NCBI GenBank assembly: GCA_964007735.1
Contig: CAXGAI010000040.1
Location: 1 to 44,416 of the forward strand
Direction of reading: 5' to 3'
Source: an uncultured Rhodopirellula sp.
Lineage (GTDB): Bacteria > Planctomycetota > Planctomycetia > Pirellulales > Pirellulaceae
DNA length: 44,416 bases
Below are positions 20,757-30,526 of the stretch, one piece after another (positions within the stretch are counted from its first letter, which is position 1; every line of letters begins with the position of its first letter). The notes beneath the pieces were generated by a model. That model did not search any database and was not told the origin of the DNA. It saw nothing but the letters and a program-made list of their open reading frames with translations. Both the position numbers and the translations under genes were made by a program.

Positions 20757-21347
20757 ATGGAAGCTTTTACTGTACACAGTGGTGTAGTTGGTGCCATGGA
20801 CCGGGCCAATGTTGATACCGATCAAATTATTCCAAAACAGTTTCTGAAGCGGATTGAACGAACAGGTTTCGGTCAGTTTTTGTTTTATGACTGGCGATTT
20901 AATGATGATGGTTCAGATAATGTAGAGTTTGAACTGAACCAGCCTGAGGCTGCCGATGCGAGTATCTTGCTGGCCAAAAGGAATTTTGGAAGTGGTTCTT
21001 CACGAGAACATGCTGTCTGGGCTTTAACGGACTATGGAATTCGTTGTGTTATTGCTCCTAGCTTTGCAGATATTTTTTTTAATAACAGCTTTAAGAATGG
21101 CATGTTGCCCATTGTTCTTCCCGAGGAGACGATTGAGCAACTTTTCGCTCATTCCAGTACTTGCCGTACTGAACTCACGGTTGATTTAGAGAATCAGGTA
21201 ATTACCGGTGAAGGAGGTCTGGAGATTTCATTTGAAGTGGATAGTTTTCGTCGACATTGCCTTCTAAACGGTCTCGATGATATTGCACTAACGCTTGAGC
21301 ACGAGGATAAAATTACTGCCTTTGAAGAGGCTCGTCGAAACTTCTGA
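20757..21347 (+). CDS. leuD: 3-isopropylmalate dehydratase small subunit
   Basis: [41 protein letters not shown] 20757 follows a GAGGGG RBS. Confidence 0.97.
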   Translation: MEAFTVHSGVVGAMDRANVDTDQIIPKQFLKRIERTGFGQFLFYDWRFNDDGSDNVEFELNQPEAADASILLAKRNFGSGSSREHAVWALTDYGIRCVIAPSFADIFFNNSFKNGMLPIVLPEETIEQLFAHSSTCRTELTVDLENQVITGEGGLEISFEVDSFRRHCLLNGLDDIALTLEHEDKITAFEEARRNF

Positions 21348-21477
21348 ATCCAATAGCGAATCTGGTTGCTAGGTGTTTTTAGATTTGCTTGACTGTACTT
21401 TGTTCGGGTAGTCAAATAGGTGGAAGCTCGTGTCGGACTGGTCTAATCAATAGTTGGAATGAAGGGGAAGGGATATC

Positions 21478-22515
21478 ATGGAAAATTCGCCGTTGAAATG
21501 GTTAGCCTCCATTAGTGTGGGGTTGGTAGCAGGAGTAGTTTTCTTATCAAATTTAGAAACCGTTGGTGCTAAAGAAAAAAGTGTTGTGCAATTACCATTG
21601 GGACTAGATGCATTTAAGGTTCCAGCTGACAATCCACTCACAAAGCCGAAGATTGAGCTCGGTAAACAGCTATACTTCGATAAACGTCTCTCCAGTGACA
21701 ATACGGTCAGCTGTGCTTCTTGCCATGATCCTGGTAAAGGATGGTCCAACGATGCGGCATTCGCAACAGGTGTAGATGGCCAAATGGGTGGACGAAGTGC
21801 TCCAACTATTATCAACTCCGCATATTTTCCACTGCAGTTTTGGGATGGCCGAGCGAAAGGACTTGAAGGTCAGGCCTTGGGTCCGATTGCCAATCCCATC
21901 GAAATGAATCTTCCAATTGATCAGGCGGTTGCACGCTTAAACGCAATTCCCGGGTATAAGAAACAGTTCCGCAAGGTCTTTAAGTCTGATGTCACCGCTG
22001 ATGGTATCGCTAAGGCGATCGCTTCTTTTGAACGAACAGTGTTGTCCGGTAATGCACCCTACGATCAGTTCAAAGCTGGTGATGAATCCGTTCTCTCGCC
22101 GGCGGCCAAACGAGGAATGGACCTGTTTTTCAATAAAGCGAAATGTAGTGCCTGTCATAAAGGACATAGCTTTACAGATCTGGCTTTCCATAATCTGGGA
22201 GTGGGGTATGACAAAGAGAATCCTGACCTGGGACGCTTTGAAGTGACAAAACTGGAGGGGGACAAGGGACGCTTTAAGACTCCCCCACTACGTGACATTC
22301 ACACATCGGCGCCCTATATGCATGATGGAAGTATCAAGACATTGAAAGAGGTGGTAGATTTCTATAATAAGGGGGGCGTGAAGAACGCTCAGTTGGACGA
22401 AGAAATGAAGCCACTGAAATTGACCGAGCAGGATGTCGAAGATTTGGTGATCTTCATGAAAGAAGGCCTAAAGAGTGCCAAGTATCCACATGTGGATCCA
22501 CCGGAACTACCCTAA
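21478..22515 (+). CDS. Di-heme cytochrome c peroxidase/MauG-family protein
   Basis: Two CxxCH motifs (CASCH, CSACH), QFWDGRA, NPIEM, FKTPPLRD, APYMHDGS and an N-terminal export segment. Confidence 0.92.
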   Translation: MENSPLKWLASISVGLVAGVVFLSNLETVGAKEKSVVQLPLGLDAFKVPADNPLTKPKIELGKQLYFDKRLSSDNTVSCASCHDPGKGWSNDAAFATGVDGQMGGRSAPTIINSAYFPLQFWDGRAKGLEGQALGPIANPIEMNLPIDQAVARLNAIPGYKKQFRKVFKSDVTADGIAKAIASFERTVLSGNAPYDQFKAGDESVLSPAAKRGMDLFFNKAKCSACHKGHSFTDLAFHNLGVGYDKENPDLGRFEVTKLEGDKGRFKTPPLRDIHTSAPYMHDGSIKTLKEVVDFYNKGGVKNAQLDEEMKPLKLTEQDVEDLVIFMKEGLKSAKYPHVDPPELP

Positions 22516-22591
22516 TTATCAAAACTAAAATATAAATACACAACCGACCAACCATTCAGGGTTGGACAGAAAATACTTCGAGGAGATGAAA

Positions 22592-23590
22592 ATGAAACGA
22601 TTTACAGCAATGACAACAGCTGTGCTATTTTGGGCAGTGACCAGTGTGTCGCTGGCTGAGCCAACAGTCGAGACCGTTGCAGAAGGATTGAATGTACCTT
22701 GCGGGGTAGCTATTCAGCCCGGTACAGGACATGTGTTTGTGGCAGATAGTGCTGCGGGGCGGGTGGTTCGCATCGTGGACGGTGAGATTGAAAATGTAAT
22801 CGTTGACTTCCCGATTGATAAATACGGGAAGGGGCCTGTTTATCCAATCGGGCCACTTGGCTTGGCATTCATTGAAGAGAATGTGCTGGCTGTCGGTGGC
22901 GGTGGATACCCCGACGCTAAGGATAAACTACGTGTTTACAATGTTCCCGCTGCTGGCGAAGCAGCATTGAAAGCCGACGATGATGATGTATCGGCATTGG
23001 AGTTGCCAGCGACAGATAAACTGGCCGGTGAGGGCAATTTTTACGGTGTTGCGTTCACAGGCGACGCTCTGTTCGTTACTTGTAACGGAGACGATACCAA
23101 GGGGTGGATCTCTCGAGCGGGTGTCAAGGGTGCTAAAGTGGGGCCGTTCATGCGAGCAATTGCCACGAAAGAGCTGACAGAAGTAGATGCACCTGTTGCA
23201 ATTACTGTTGCACCGGATGGTTCTTTGGCCGTTGGTCAGATGGGGGAAATTTCATTGCCAGGTGATGGTTTGTTGACGTTTTACGACCCTAAAGATGGTT
23301 CGAAACTAGCTAATTTTGAGACGGGCTTGAGTGACATTACAGGTTTGGCTTACGCCCCCAAAGGTAAATTGCTGGCAACGGACTTCTCCTGGTCAGATCC
23401 CAGTGGAGGTGGATTGTTTCAGATTACCGCTAAGTATACGAAGAAGAAACAGTCGCTTGATGTGACGAAAATTCTAGAATTGGATAAGCCAACTGCGATT
23501 GCTGTCGACGCAGACGGAAACGTTTATGTTACCGTCATTGGTTCAGGGGAGGGAACTTCAGGTAAATTGTTGAAGATTTCTAATCTCTAA
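22592..23590 (+). CDS. Exported beta-propeller protein (NHL/SMP-30-like blades)
   Basis: Signal peptide (SLA-EP), blades GLNVPCGVAIQPGTGHVFVADS and PTAIAVDADGNVYV, GAGGAG RBS. Confidence 0.75.
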   Translation: MKRFTAMTTAVLFWAVTSVSLAEPTVETVAEGLNVPCGVAIQPGTGHVFVADSAAGRVVRIVDGEIENVIVDFPIDKYGKGPVYPIGPLGLAFIEENVLAVGGGGYPDAKDKLRVYNVPAAGEAALKADDDDVSALELPATDKLAGEGNFYGVAFTGDALFVTCNGDDTKGWISRAGVKGAKVGPFMRAIATKELTEVDAPVAITVAPDGSLAVGQMGEISLPGDGLLTFYDPKDGSKLANFETGLSDITGLAYAPKGKLLATDFSWSDPSGGGLFQITAKYTKKKQSLDVTKILELDKPTAIAVDADGNVYVTVIGSGEGTSGKLLKISNL

Positions 23591-23610
23591 TCATTGAGCA
23601 ACAAAAACAT

Positions 23611-23656
23611 CAATAAAAGACCTCGCAGCAGACTTCTGTGGCGAGGTCTTTTATTG
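23611..23656. terminator. Bidirectional intrinsic terminator between the propeller gene and bioB
   Basis: Perfect 16-bp inverted repeat CAATAAAAGACCTCGC / GCGAGGTCTTTTATTG between convergent genes. Confidence 0.85.
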
Positions 23657-23673
23657 GAATTGAAGATCGGATA

Positions 23674-24687
23674 TTAGTCGATATTGCGAGTGACCTCAAA
23701 TCCTAATTCTTTGATCATCTTGTAGTCTTCTTCGGGGGCCTGACCTTGAGTAGTAAGATAGTCACCAACGAAAAGTGAGTTGGCGGCATAAAGTCCAAGG
23801 GGTTGAAGGCTGCCAAGGTGGATTTCCCGGCCGCCGGCAATTCGAAGTTCTTTATCGGGATTTACGAAACGGTACATCGCCAACGCTTTAAGGCAGTATT
23901 GAGGTGTTAGTGTATTGATGCCCTCCAGTGGAGTGCCGTCGATAGCATTCAAGAAGTTGAGAGGTATTGACTCAGCTTCAACTTCGCGTAGCGAAAGAGC
24001 CATGTCCACAACATCAGCATCCTGTTCACCCATTCCAATAATTCCACCGCTGCAAATTTCCATTCCCGCGTTGCGGACCGAATGCAAAGTATCCATTCGA
24101 TCTTTGTAAGTGTGGGTTGAGCAAATCTCGCCGTAATGTGATTCACTGGTGTTGAGATTGTGATTTACACGATCGATTCCGGCGGCTTTGAGTCTAGCTG
24201 CCTGTTCATCATCAAGCAGTCCCAGACAAGCGCAGATCTTCAGATCGTGCTCGGCTTTAATTTCAGGAACAATAGTTTCGACAGCTTTCATTTCCCGTTC
24301 ACTTGGTCCGCGAGCAGAAATGACGATGCAGTAAGTCTTTGCATTACGCTCGGCAGCGATCCTTGCACCTTCCATAAGGTTGGCTCGACTGAGAATGTTG
24401 TATTTTGGAATCTCGGCATCTGATACTTTGGATTGCGAGCAGTACGAGCAATCTTCAGGACATAAGCCACTTTTGGCGTTCATGAGAAAGTAAAGCTGGA
24501 CAGTCTTACCAAAGTATCTACTGCGAATCTTGAAGGCTGCTGACAGCAGGGTGAGCAGTTGGTCATCGTCGCAGCGGAGTATTGCTTCTGCCTCTTCGCG
24601 AGTGACTTGATGACCGTTTAGTACGGACTCAGCCAAATCGTCCCAGGAAGTGATGGTTGCAGTTGGGGGAATGTCTGTTGTTGCCAT
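23674..24687 (-). CDS. bioB: Biotin synthase (radical SAM)
   Basis: CPEDCSYCSQS, YCIV, ICACLG, NHNLNTS, ICSGGIIGMGE, LRIAGGRE, ANSLFVGDYLTT. Alternative start GTG 24693. Confidence 0.97.
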   Translation of the reverse strand: MATTDIPPTATITSWDDLAESVLNGHQVTREEAEAILRCDDDQLLTLLSAAFKIRSRYFGKTVQLYFLMNAKSGLCPEDCSYCSQSKVSDAEIPKYNILSRANLMEGARIAAERNAKTYCIVISARGPSEREMKAVETIVPEIKAEHDLKICACLGLLDDEQAARLKAAGIDRVNHNLNTSESHYGEICSTHTYKDRMDTLHSVRNAGMEICSGGIIGMGEQDADVVDMALSLREVEAESIPLNFLNAIDGTPLEGINTLTPQYCLKALAMYRFVNPDKELRIAGGREIHLGSLQPLGLYAANSLFVGDYLTTQGQAPEEDYKMIKELGFEVTRNID

Positions 24688-24858
24688 GTTCACATATCGT
24701 TGTTGAATGATGCGGTGGTTATCCTACAAATAATGATGGTTTCCCCGATTTGCTGCAAGACCACGGTGATGCAAAACAGGGTTCGTTTTACGGTACCCTA
24801 CGGTTAATGCTATTATAAAGCATTCTTTTCGTAACTTCATTTAGCCGCAAGTTGGTAT

Positions 24859-25407
24859 ATGTCTGCATTTCCACAGTACTTAGTTCGCGTTGGCGCTATG
24901 GGCAGCGTTGGCAGATTTACGGCAGTGGATCCTGTTTTATTCGAACGCCATATTCGTGTCGTGTGTCGTACGGTGCGTGGTCTCGAGATGGGAGAAGTTT
25001 TGGCGAACGTAGAATCGGTTGCCGGTCAGGAATGTGACGGAGAAGTCCTACGACAGGTAACGATCGAAGATGATCTCTTGATAGCTCGGCTGGATCAGAA
25101 TCGCAATGAGGCATTTGCTGCCTGCTGCGCACTGCTCGAGTCGGAACGGATAAGTAATGTCTTGCTGGATGTCGAACAGTTGTTTGATGGCAGTTCGCTG
25201 TATTTCTACTTTCTGGGCGATGTTTCCCCAAAGCTTGAAGAGTTAACGGCTGAATTGGCGGTTCGTTATGATTCCAAAGTACAATTCTCTAGATTCGCTG
25301 AAGCCGTGGTGGCCGGTTGTGGCCCCGATTGTGGCACGGAAGCTGTTGCCGGTAATTGTGGTGAGGGCGGTTGCTCTACCTGTGCACTTGTAAACGCTTG
25401 CCATTGA
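24859..25407 (+). CDS. PSP1 C-terminal-domain (YaaT/RicT-like) protein with Cys-rich tail
   Basis: VVCRTVRGLEMGEV, GEVLRQVT, DVEQLFDGSSLYFYF, and tail GCGPDCG...CGEGGCSTCALVNACH. Confidence 0.75.
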   Translation: MSAFPQYLVRVGAMGSVGRFTAVDPVLFERHIRVVCRTVRGLEMGEVLANVESVAGQECDGEVLRQVTIEDDLLIARLDQNRNEAFAACCALLESERISNVLLDVEQLFDGSSLYFYFLGDVSPKLEELTAELAVRYDSKVQFSRFAEAVVAGCGPDCGTEAVAGNCGEGGCSTCALVNACH

Positions 25408-25425
25408 GTCTCATTAGTAAATTCT

Positions 25426-26649
25426 ATGAATGTCCCAAGTATTGCTGAATTGGCACTGCGAATTCGTGCTAAACAATTGACGATTTCCGATTTAGTGACA
25501 ATTTGTCTAGATCGAATTGATGAAGTCGATTCAGAAATTGGGGCCTGGGTCTCCGTCGATAAGGGTCATGCATTGAATGAGGCCCAACGCCTCCAATCAG
25601 AAATCGATACGGGGCGGGATCGTGGATTGCTACATGGAATCCCTCTAGGCATAAAAGATATAATCGATGTTGCTGGTTACCCTACTCTGGCTGGTACTGA
25701 TTGGCGAACCGAACCGTGTAAGAAGCATGCTCAATTGGTTCAGAATTTGCTCGATGCAGGAGCCATTGTGTTAGGGAAGACGGTTACAACCCAATTTGCC
25801 GGTTTTGATCCGTCTGCGACTCGCAATCCAGCTGCTCCGGGTAGAACCCCTGGAGGTTCCAGCAGTGGTTCCGCAGCGGCTGTGGCGGCAGGGATGTGTA
25901 TTGCAGCCATTGGTAGCCAGACAGGAGGCTCGATCAATCGGCCAGCTAGCTATTGTGGGGTCGTCGGCTTGAAACCCGCTTTTGGTGAAGTTTCTACCAT
26001 GGGAGTTGTGCCTTTAAGCCGAAATTTGGATCATATGGGCCCCATCACAAATACGGTAGATGATGCAGTGATTTGCTATCAGGCCTTACGGAATTTACCC
26101 TCCGAACGAATACCGTCTATTGATGTTGATGTTCTTAGGATGGATGGGTTCTTCAGTCAGGGTGAGGTGGAAGTGAATGAGATGATTGACCTGGTGGCGG
26201 GACGCTTGGATACGGTTGACTGCCCAGTGGACTTTGTAGAATTGACGACGATGCATAAACGACTAATGGCAGGTGATGCAGCAGATGTACATGCACTCGA
26301 ATTTGATGAGTATCGTGATGGCTACCGCAAGCATATGGCATCTCAAATTGAGTGGGGCCGAAAACAATCTGATGAAGATTATGAGGCAGCACTGGATTAT
26401 CAGAAAATACAACGGCAAGCTGTGAGTACGTGGTTAAGAAAAGATCAGGTGTTGGTGATGCCGGCAACGACTTCTTCACCTCCCGGGATGGAAACAACTG
26501 GAAATCCACTATTCAATTCGCCATGGAGTTTCTTAGGTTTGCCGGCGTTATCAGTTCCCCAGAGCTTATCTGTGGAAGGGTTTCCTCTGTGCCTACAGTT
26601 CGTGGGACGCACGGTACAAGCTGTCGTCTCGGCTGCGCGACGGTTCTGA
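25426..26649 (+). CDS. Amidase signature family protein
   Basis: GIPLGIKD, GKTVTTQFA, TPGGSSSGSAAAVAAG, GSQTGGSINRPASYCG. Confidence 0.92.
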   Translation: MNVPSIAELALRIRAKQLTISDLVTICLDRIDEVDSEIGAWVSVDKGHALNEAQRLQSEIDTGRDRGLLHGIPLGIKDIIDVAGYPTLAGTDWRTEPCKKHAQLVQNLLDAGAIVLGKTVTTQFAGFDPSATRNPAAPGRTPGGSSSGSAAAVAAGMCIAAIGSQTGGSINRPASYCGVVGLKPAFGEVSTMGVVPLSRNLDHMGPITNTVDDAVICYQALRNLPSERIPSIDVDVLRMDGFFSQGEVEVNEMIDLVAGRLDTVDCPVDFVELTTMHKRLMAGDAADVHALEFDEYRDGYRKHMASQIEWGRKQSDEDYEAALDYQKIQRQAVSTWLRKDQVLVMPATTSSPPGMETTGNPLFNSPWSFLGLPALSVPQSLSVEGFPLCLQFVGRTVQAVVSAARRF

Positions 26650-26674
26650 CTTTGTCGTTGAGTCAAATAATTCT

Positions 26675-26995
26675 CTAGTTTGAGATCGTCCCCAAAAATT
26701 CGGACATTTCACCGGCTGCATGTAGATTCCCCTGTTGTTGAGCTTGTTCAATCCCCCGAGTAAGCCAATTTTGTGCTTGTTCGAGTCGATCAAGACGGGC
26801 TAGTTGTTGTCCCGCCATAAAGAAAGCCGGGACATAGGGAGGTGAGGATTGGGTTAATCGCTCGAGCCATTCCAAGCTCTCGTCATGCAATCCTTCTTTG
26901 TCAAGTTCCATGGCCAACGCATATTGCAGGAATGTATCGTTCGGCTCTTCTTGTAGCATTGCTTCGATCTGTTGACGCCTTGTGTTTTCACTCAT
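26675..26995 (-). CDS. Small TPR protein
   Basis: PNDTFLQYALAMEL and YVPAFFMAGQQL TPR pattern. Confidence 0.8.
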   Translation of the reverse strand: MSENTRRQQIEAMLQEEPNDTFLQYALAMELDKEGLHDESLEWLERLTQSSPPYVPAFFMAGQQLARLDRLEQAQNWLTRGIEQAQQQGNLHAAGEMSEFLGTISN

Positions 26996-27149
26996 GTTGT
27001 TTTACCTATTTTAGCATTCTCTGGATTTTGTCGATTATCGTTGGCGAAGTGCGGGTTGCCTGCCGATTGGACGTAACGATTCCTCGTGAATCAGTTAGTC
27101 GTCAAGGCTCACAAAAACCCCCACACTCAAAATATTATAGGTGTTTATC

Positions 27150-29141
27150 ATGACACGGAAACTCACGATTGCTGGTGCATTCCTGTTAATGGTTGGATTA
27201 CTGGCTACGTTTGGCAATGCGGACGATGTTCCGACAACAACGGCCCCTACTCCGCCTCAAATTCAGGTTTCTCAAACAGGAAGTCCGATTATCCTTGCGG
27301 AAAAAGAAGCTGGGGCTGCGGCGGAAGTCGTGGTTGAAGAAACGACTTCGGTTCTTACAGTTACCACTCCGGATACAGCAGCAGAGCTGTTACTACCCGA
27401 GTCTGTTGGAAGTGACTCGGCCTTAACTGAGGTCGTACCAGAAGAGCCGATGTTATTTACTCCACCGACGGAGCTTGAAGTTGGCACATCGACGGACACA
27501 CCTGATATTTTTGTGCCTGCCGAGGCATCGACTACAGACGCCTTTCCTGTTTCATCTGGAACAGACATCGAAGCTCCGCAAACAAATGCTCCGGTCGTCG
27601 CTCCAGATTCTGAAGGACTGGAATTTCAGGTGTTTTCGAATGAAGGGCGCATATTATCCGCTCCGGCGACAGATGATGTGGTGCCAACGTTTGATGGTGA
27701 AGAAGCAACGGTCAATGGCGGAATTCAGAAAATCAATGTACAGGCGCCGGCAGTCACGGTGTCCTCTCAGGGGCCAACGGTGGTCCGAGTGGGTGAGACC
27801 GGCGAATATGTTATCACGGCTACTAACAATGGGACAGCAATTGCAGAAGACCTGTTTCTTGTAACTCACATTCCGGAATGGGTTGAGATTGCGTCTCTGA
27901 CAAGTGATCTGGGGGAAGTGGATCAGCTTCCAACCACGGACGGTGTTCAATTACAGTGGACGGTTGGTAGTTTGCAATCAGGTAAGACGGCTAGCTGGAG
28001 AATCAAACTCGCGCCAGAGAAAAACCGTCCATTCTCAATGGATATCAAATGGACCATTCAGCCGCAAACCATTGTAAATCAAGTCGATGTTACTCAGCCG
28101 GAATTGCAGTTATCAATAGACGGTCCGGAAGTGATGACATACGGAGACACTGAAATCGTAGTTGTTCGGGTATCCAATACCGGTAATGGAGACGCGGAAG
28201 ATGTTGTCTTGAAGATTAGCCCCGGAATCGAACGAGGTCAAAGTATAGGGCTTCTTCCGGTAGGGGCCAGTAAGGTTGTTGAATTGGAGTTAACCGCTGA
28301 ACAGCCTGGCTCTATGCCAATCCAAGCATCAGTCTCTGTTAGTGGATTTGAGCATGATAAGAAATCTCTGGATATTCAGATCAGGCGTCCGGAGTTGGCT
28401 GTAACCGTGGATGGTCCGGCGAAGAAGTTTGCTGGAAATCCGGTAACTTATCGCATTGAAATTGCGAACACGGGTGACACTACAGCCAAAGATGTTGTTG
28501 TCTCGGCTGTCTTGCCTCCTGAAGCGAAATATACAGATGGTAACGATAAATTACAGACAGGGCGTCGAAATCTTTCATGGAAGATCGGTTCTGTCGCGCC
28601 AGCCTCAACCCGAGCATTTGAATTTAGTTGTGTGTTGATGCAGGACGGACAAAACCAATTGTCAGTCCGAGTGGAAGCAGCGGCTGCCGAGAGTCGCACG
28701 GGCCAGTTTAGAACGGCCGTCACCGGTGTTGCTGACCTTAAACTTATCGTCAATGATCCTCCGGGACCAAAGATGCTGGATGAGCTAGCAGTTTATGAAA
28801 TCAAAATTGTAAATCGAGGAACTAAGGTTGCCACAAATATCGACGTTGTAGGGCAATTCGGATACGGTGTTGAACCGGTGAAAACTGAAGGTCGGCGTGC
28901 TGAGTTGCTTCCGGGGCAGGCAGTCTTTAATCCAATTGATTCTTTGGGCCCGGGTGAAGAAATTGTGTTGAAAGTCTACGCCCAGGCAAGCAAAGCAGGT
29001 CGTCATAAATTCCGTGCCGTTGTAAAGAGTTCTGATCCGGAGACAGCCTTGGTTCAGGAAGAGATGACATGGTTTCACAGTGCGGAGCAATCCTCAGGTG
29101 ACGGTCCTGTGATTTTGACGGCCGACGGTGCGGGCCAATAA
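27150..29141 (+). CDS. Exported DUF11-repeat (OmcB-like) protein with acidic Thr/Pro-rich linker
   Basis: Signal peptide, low-complexity region, then four Ig-like repeats beginning xxGP with YxIxxxNxGxxxAxxV-type cores. Confidence 0.8.
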   Translation: MTRKLTIAGAFLLMVGLLATFGNADDVPTTTAPTPPQIQVSQTGSPIILAEKEAGAAAEVVVEETTSVLTVTTPDTAAELLLPESVGSDSALTEVVPEEPMLFTPPTELEVGTSTDTPDIFVPAEASTTDAFPVSSGTDIEAPQTNAPVVAPDSEGLEFQVFSNEGRILSAPATDDVVPTFDGEEATVNGGIQKINVQAPAVTVSSQGPTVVRVGETGEYVITATNNGTAIAEDLFLVTHIPEWVEIASLTSDLGEVDQLPTTDGVQLQWTVGSLQSGKTASWRIKLAPEKNRPFSMDIKWTIQPQTIVNQVDVTQPELQLSIDGPEVMTYGDTEIVVVRVSNTGNGDAEDVVLKISPGIERGQSIGLLPVGASKVVELELTAEQPGSMPIQASVSVSGFEHDKKSLDIQIRRPELAVTVDGPAKKFAGNPVTYRIEIANTGDTTAKDVVVSAVLPPEAKYTDGNDKLQTGRRNLSWKIGSVAPASTRAFEFSCVLMQDGQNQLSVRVEAAAAESRTGQFRTAVTGVADLKLIVNDPPGPKMLDELAVYEIKIVNRGTKVATNIDVVGQFGYGVEPVKTEGRRAELLPGQAVFNPIDSLGPGEEIVLKVYAQASKAGRHKFRAVVKSSDPETALVQEEMTWFHSAEQSSGDGPVILTADGAGQ

Positions 29142-29260
29142 CAGAGGAGAGTTTAGTAGAGTTAATGCGGAAAGTCCGGTTGTCTGGGACGCATCTCTTT
29201 CAAAACTGAAAGATGCTCATCATCAACAGTGCTCACATCTTTAATTCGTGGGGGATGTGG

Positions 29261-30502
29261 TTACTGTGAGGATTCATCAGAGTTGGAAGAGGGGTCAATC
29301 GCTGAGTGGGGGACAAAAGACAACGGTTGATCTGACGTGGGGTTAGCAACGTGGGCCACCAGCTTTCCGCTTAATACATCTTCAACTAGTTGAAGAATAA
29401 ACTCGCCACGCCAGCCACTTGTAATAAGTGGCTGGCTTTTTTTAATCGTTTGTGATTTCTTGTTTTTGCGCCGATTTCCTATTTGCTGCTCCAGATATTC
29501 CCGAATGTCGGACATGTTGGCCACTAGATTGGGAGCCATTTGATTACGTTGGCAAAAGTCAGAAATAGCGGTGTAAGTGAATTGAGCCAGAGTTGATCGT
29601 TGAGGTGGTTTCTTATTTCGGTTGCGTTGGGGACAGTCACTTTCTGGCACTGCTAACGCATGGGCAATTACTTCTAAGATGTCATCCAGCTGTTTTTGGA
29701 TGCGGCGATGTTGTATGCCTCGAATCATCTTCACTTGTTCGCGTTTAGTAGACTTGCGTTGGGATAATTCACAAATGAGATCGTCGCGAAGGATACGCCG
29801 AGGTGGGCGGTTCTCGCTTCGGGCAAGATCGTCTCGCCAATGCCATAATTGACGAGCGATTTCCAGTTCGCGAGGTTGGAGAGACCCGATGCCGGAAAGT
29901 GAACGCCAGCGTGGTGTGGTTTCCTGATCAATAATGTGTGCCTGTTGACGTTGTATCTCTTCAGTCACCCAACCAAATCGTCCTAGCTGCTTGAGTCGAT
30001 CACTAATGAGATGATAGATGCTTAAAAGAAACTCAACGTCCTGAGCGGCATATTTACACTGGCCTTCCGTTAATGGTCGGTGACGCCAGTTGGTACGGGT
30101 CTCTCCCTTCTGTAAGGAAACTCCACTGAGACGGTTGACCAAATTCCCATAGCTTGCCGGATATTCCATGCCAAGAAAACCAGCTGCAATCTGAATGTCG
30201 AACAAATCACGAGGTGCTTTTCCGGTGGCGTGGAAAATAAATCGTAACTCTTCGCGACATGCATGTACGACAACCGTACGTATGTCATCGACGAGCCAAT
30301 CCCAGAATGGTGCGAGGTCTTCGATGGCATAGGGGTCGATTAATGCGATTTCGTCATCAGCATTGATCTGAATCAAGCTTAGTTCCGGCTGGTAGGTGTC
30401 CTCTGATACGAACTCAGTATCAAAACCTACCAGCGAGCACTGAGAATGTGCAGTAAGGTATTTCTGCAGGTGTTCCGGGGTTTGGATCATTAGGTATGAC
30501 AC
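29261..30502 (-). CDS. rnd: Ribonuclease D (DEDDy exonuclease + HRDC)
   Basis: GFDTEFV, FDIQIAAG, TNWRHRPLT, YAAQDV, and HRDC WRDDLARSENRPPRRILRD. Confidence 0.92.
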   Translation of the reverse strand: MSYLMIQTPEHLQKYLTAHSQCSLVGFDTEFVSEDTYQPELSLIQINADDEIALIDPYAIEDLAPFWDWLVDDIRTVVVHACREELRFIFHATGKAPRDLFDIQIAAGFLGMEYPASYGNLVNRLSGVSLQKGETRTNWRHRPLTEGQCKYAAQDVEFLLSIYHLISDRLKQLGRFGWVTEEIQRQQAHIIDQETTPRWRSLSGIGSLQPRELEIARQLWHWRDDLARSENRPPRRILRDDLICELSQRKSTKREQVKMIRGIQHRRIQKQLDDILEVIAHALAVPESDCPQRNRNKKPPQRSTLAQFTYTAISDFCQRNQMAPNLVANMSDIREYLEQQIGNRRKNKKSQTIKKSQPLITSGWRGEFILQLVEDVLSGKLVAHVANPTSDQPLSFVPHSAIDPSSNSDESSQ

Positions 30503-30526
30503 GAAAACGCTTTCTATGTGAGTTCT

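Noticed and set aside
24694..24858. BirA operator upstream of bioB
   Set aside because: No TGTAAACC...GGTTTACA-like palindrome could be found.
25426..26649. Calling the amidase gatA, or linking it to biotin salvage
   Set aside because: It is shorter than GatA, has GSQTGGS rather than GSDTGGS, and gatB/gatC are not adjacent. A biotin link has no support beyond proximity.
29190..29260. Two imperfect hairpins between the DUF11 gene and rnd
   Set aside because: Bulged or G-U-rich stems without a clear T tract. They may terminate the convergent genes but cannot be supported as a feature.
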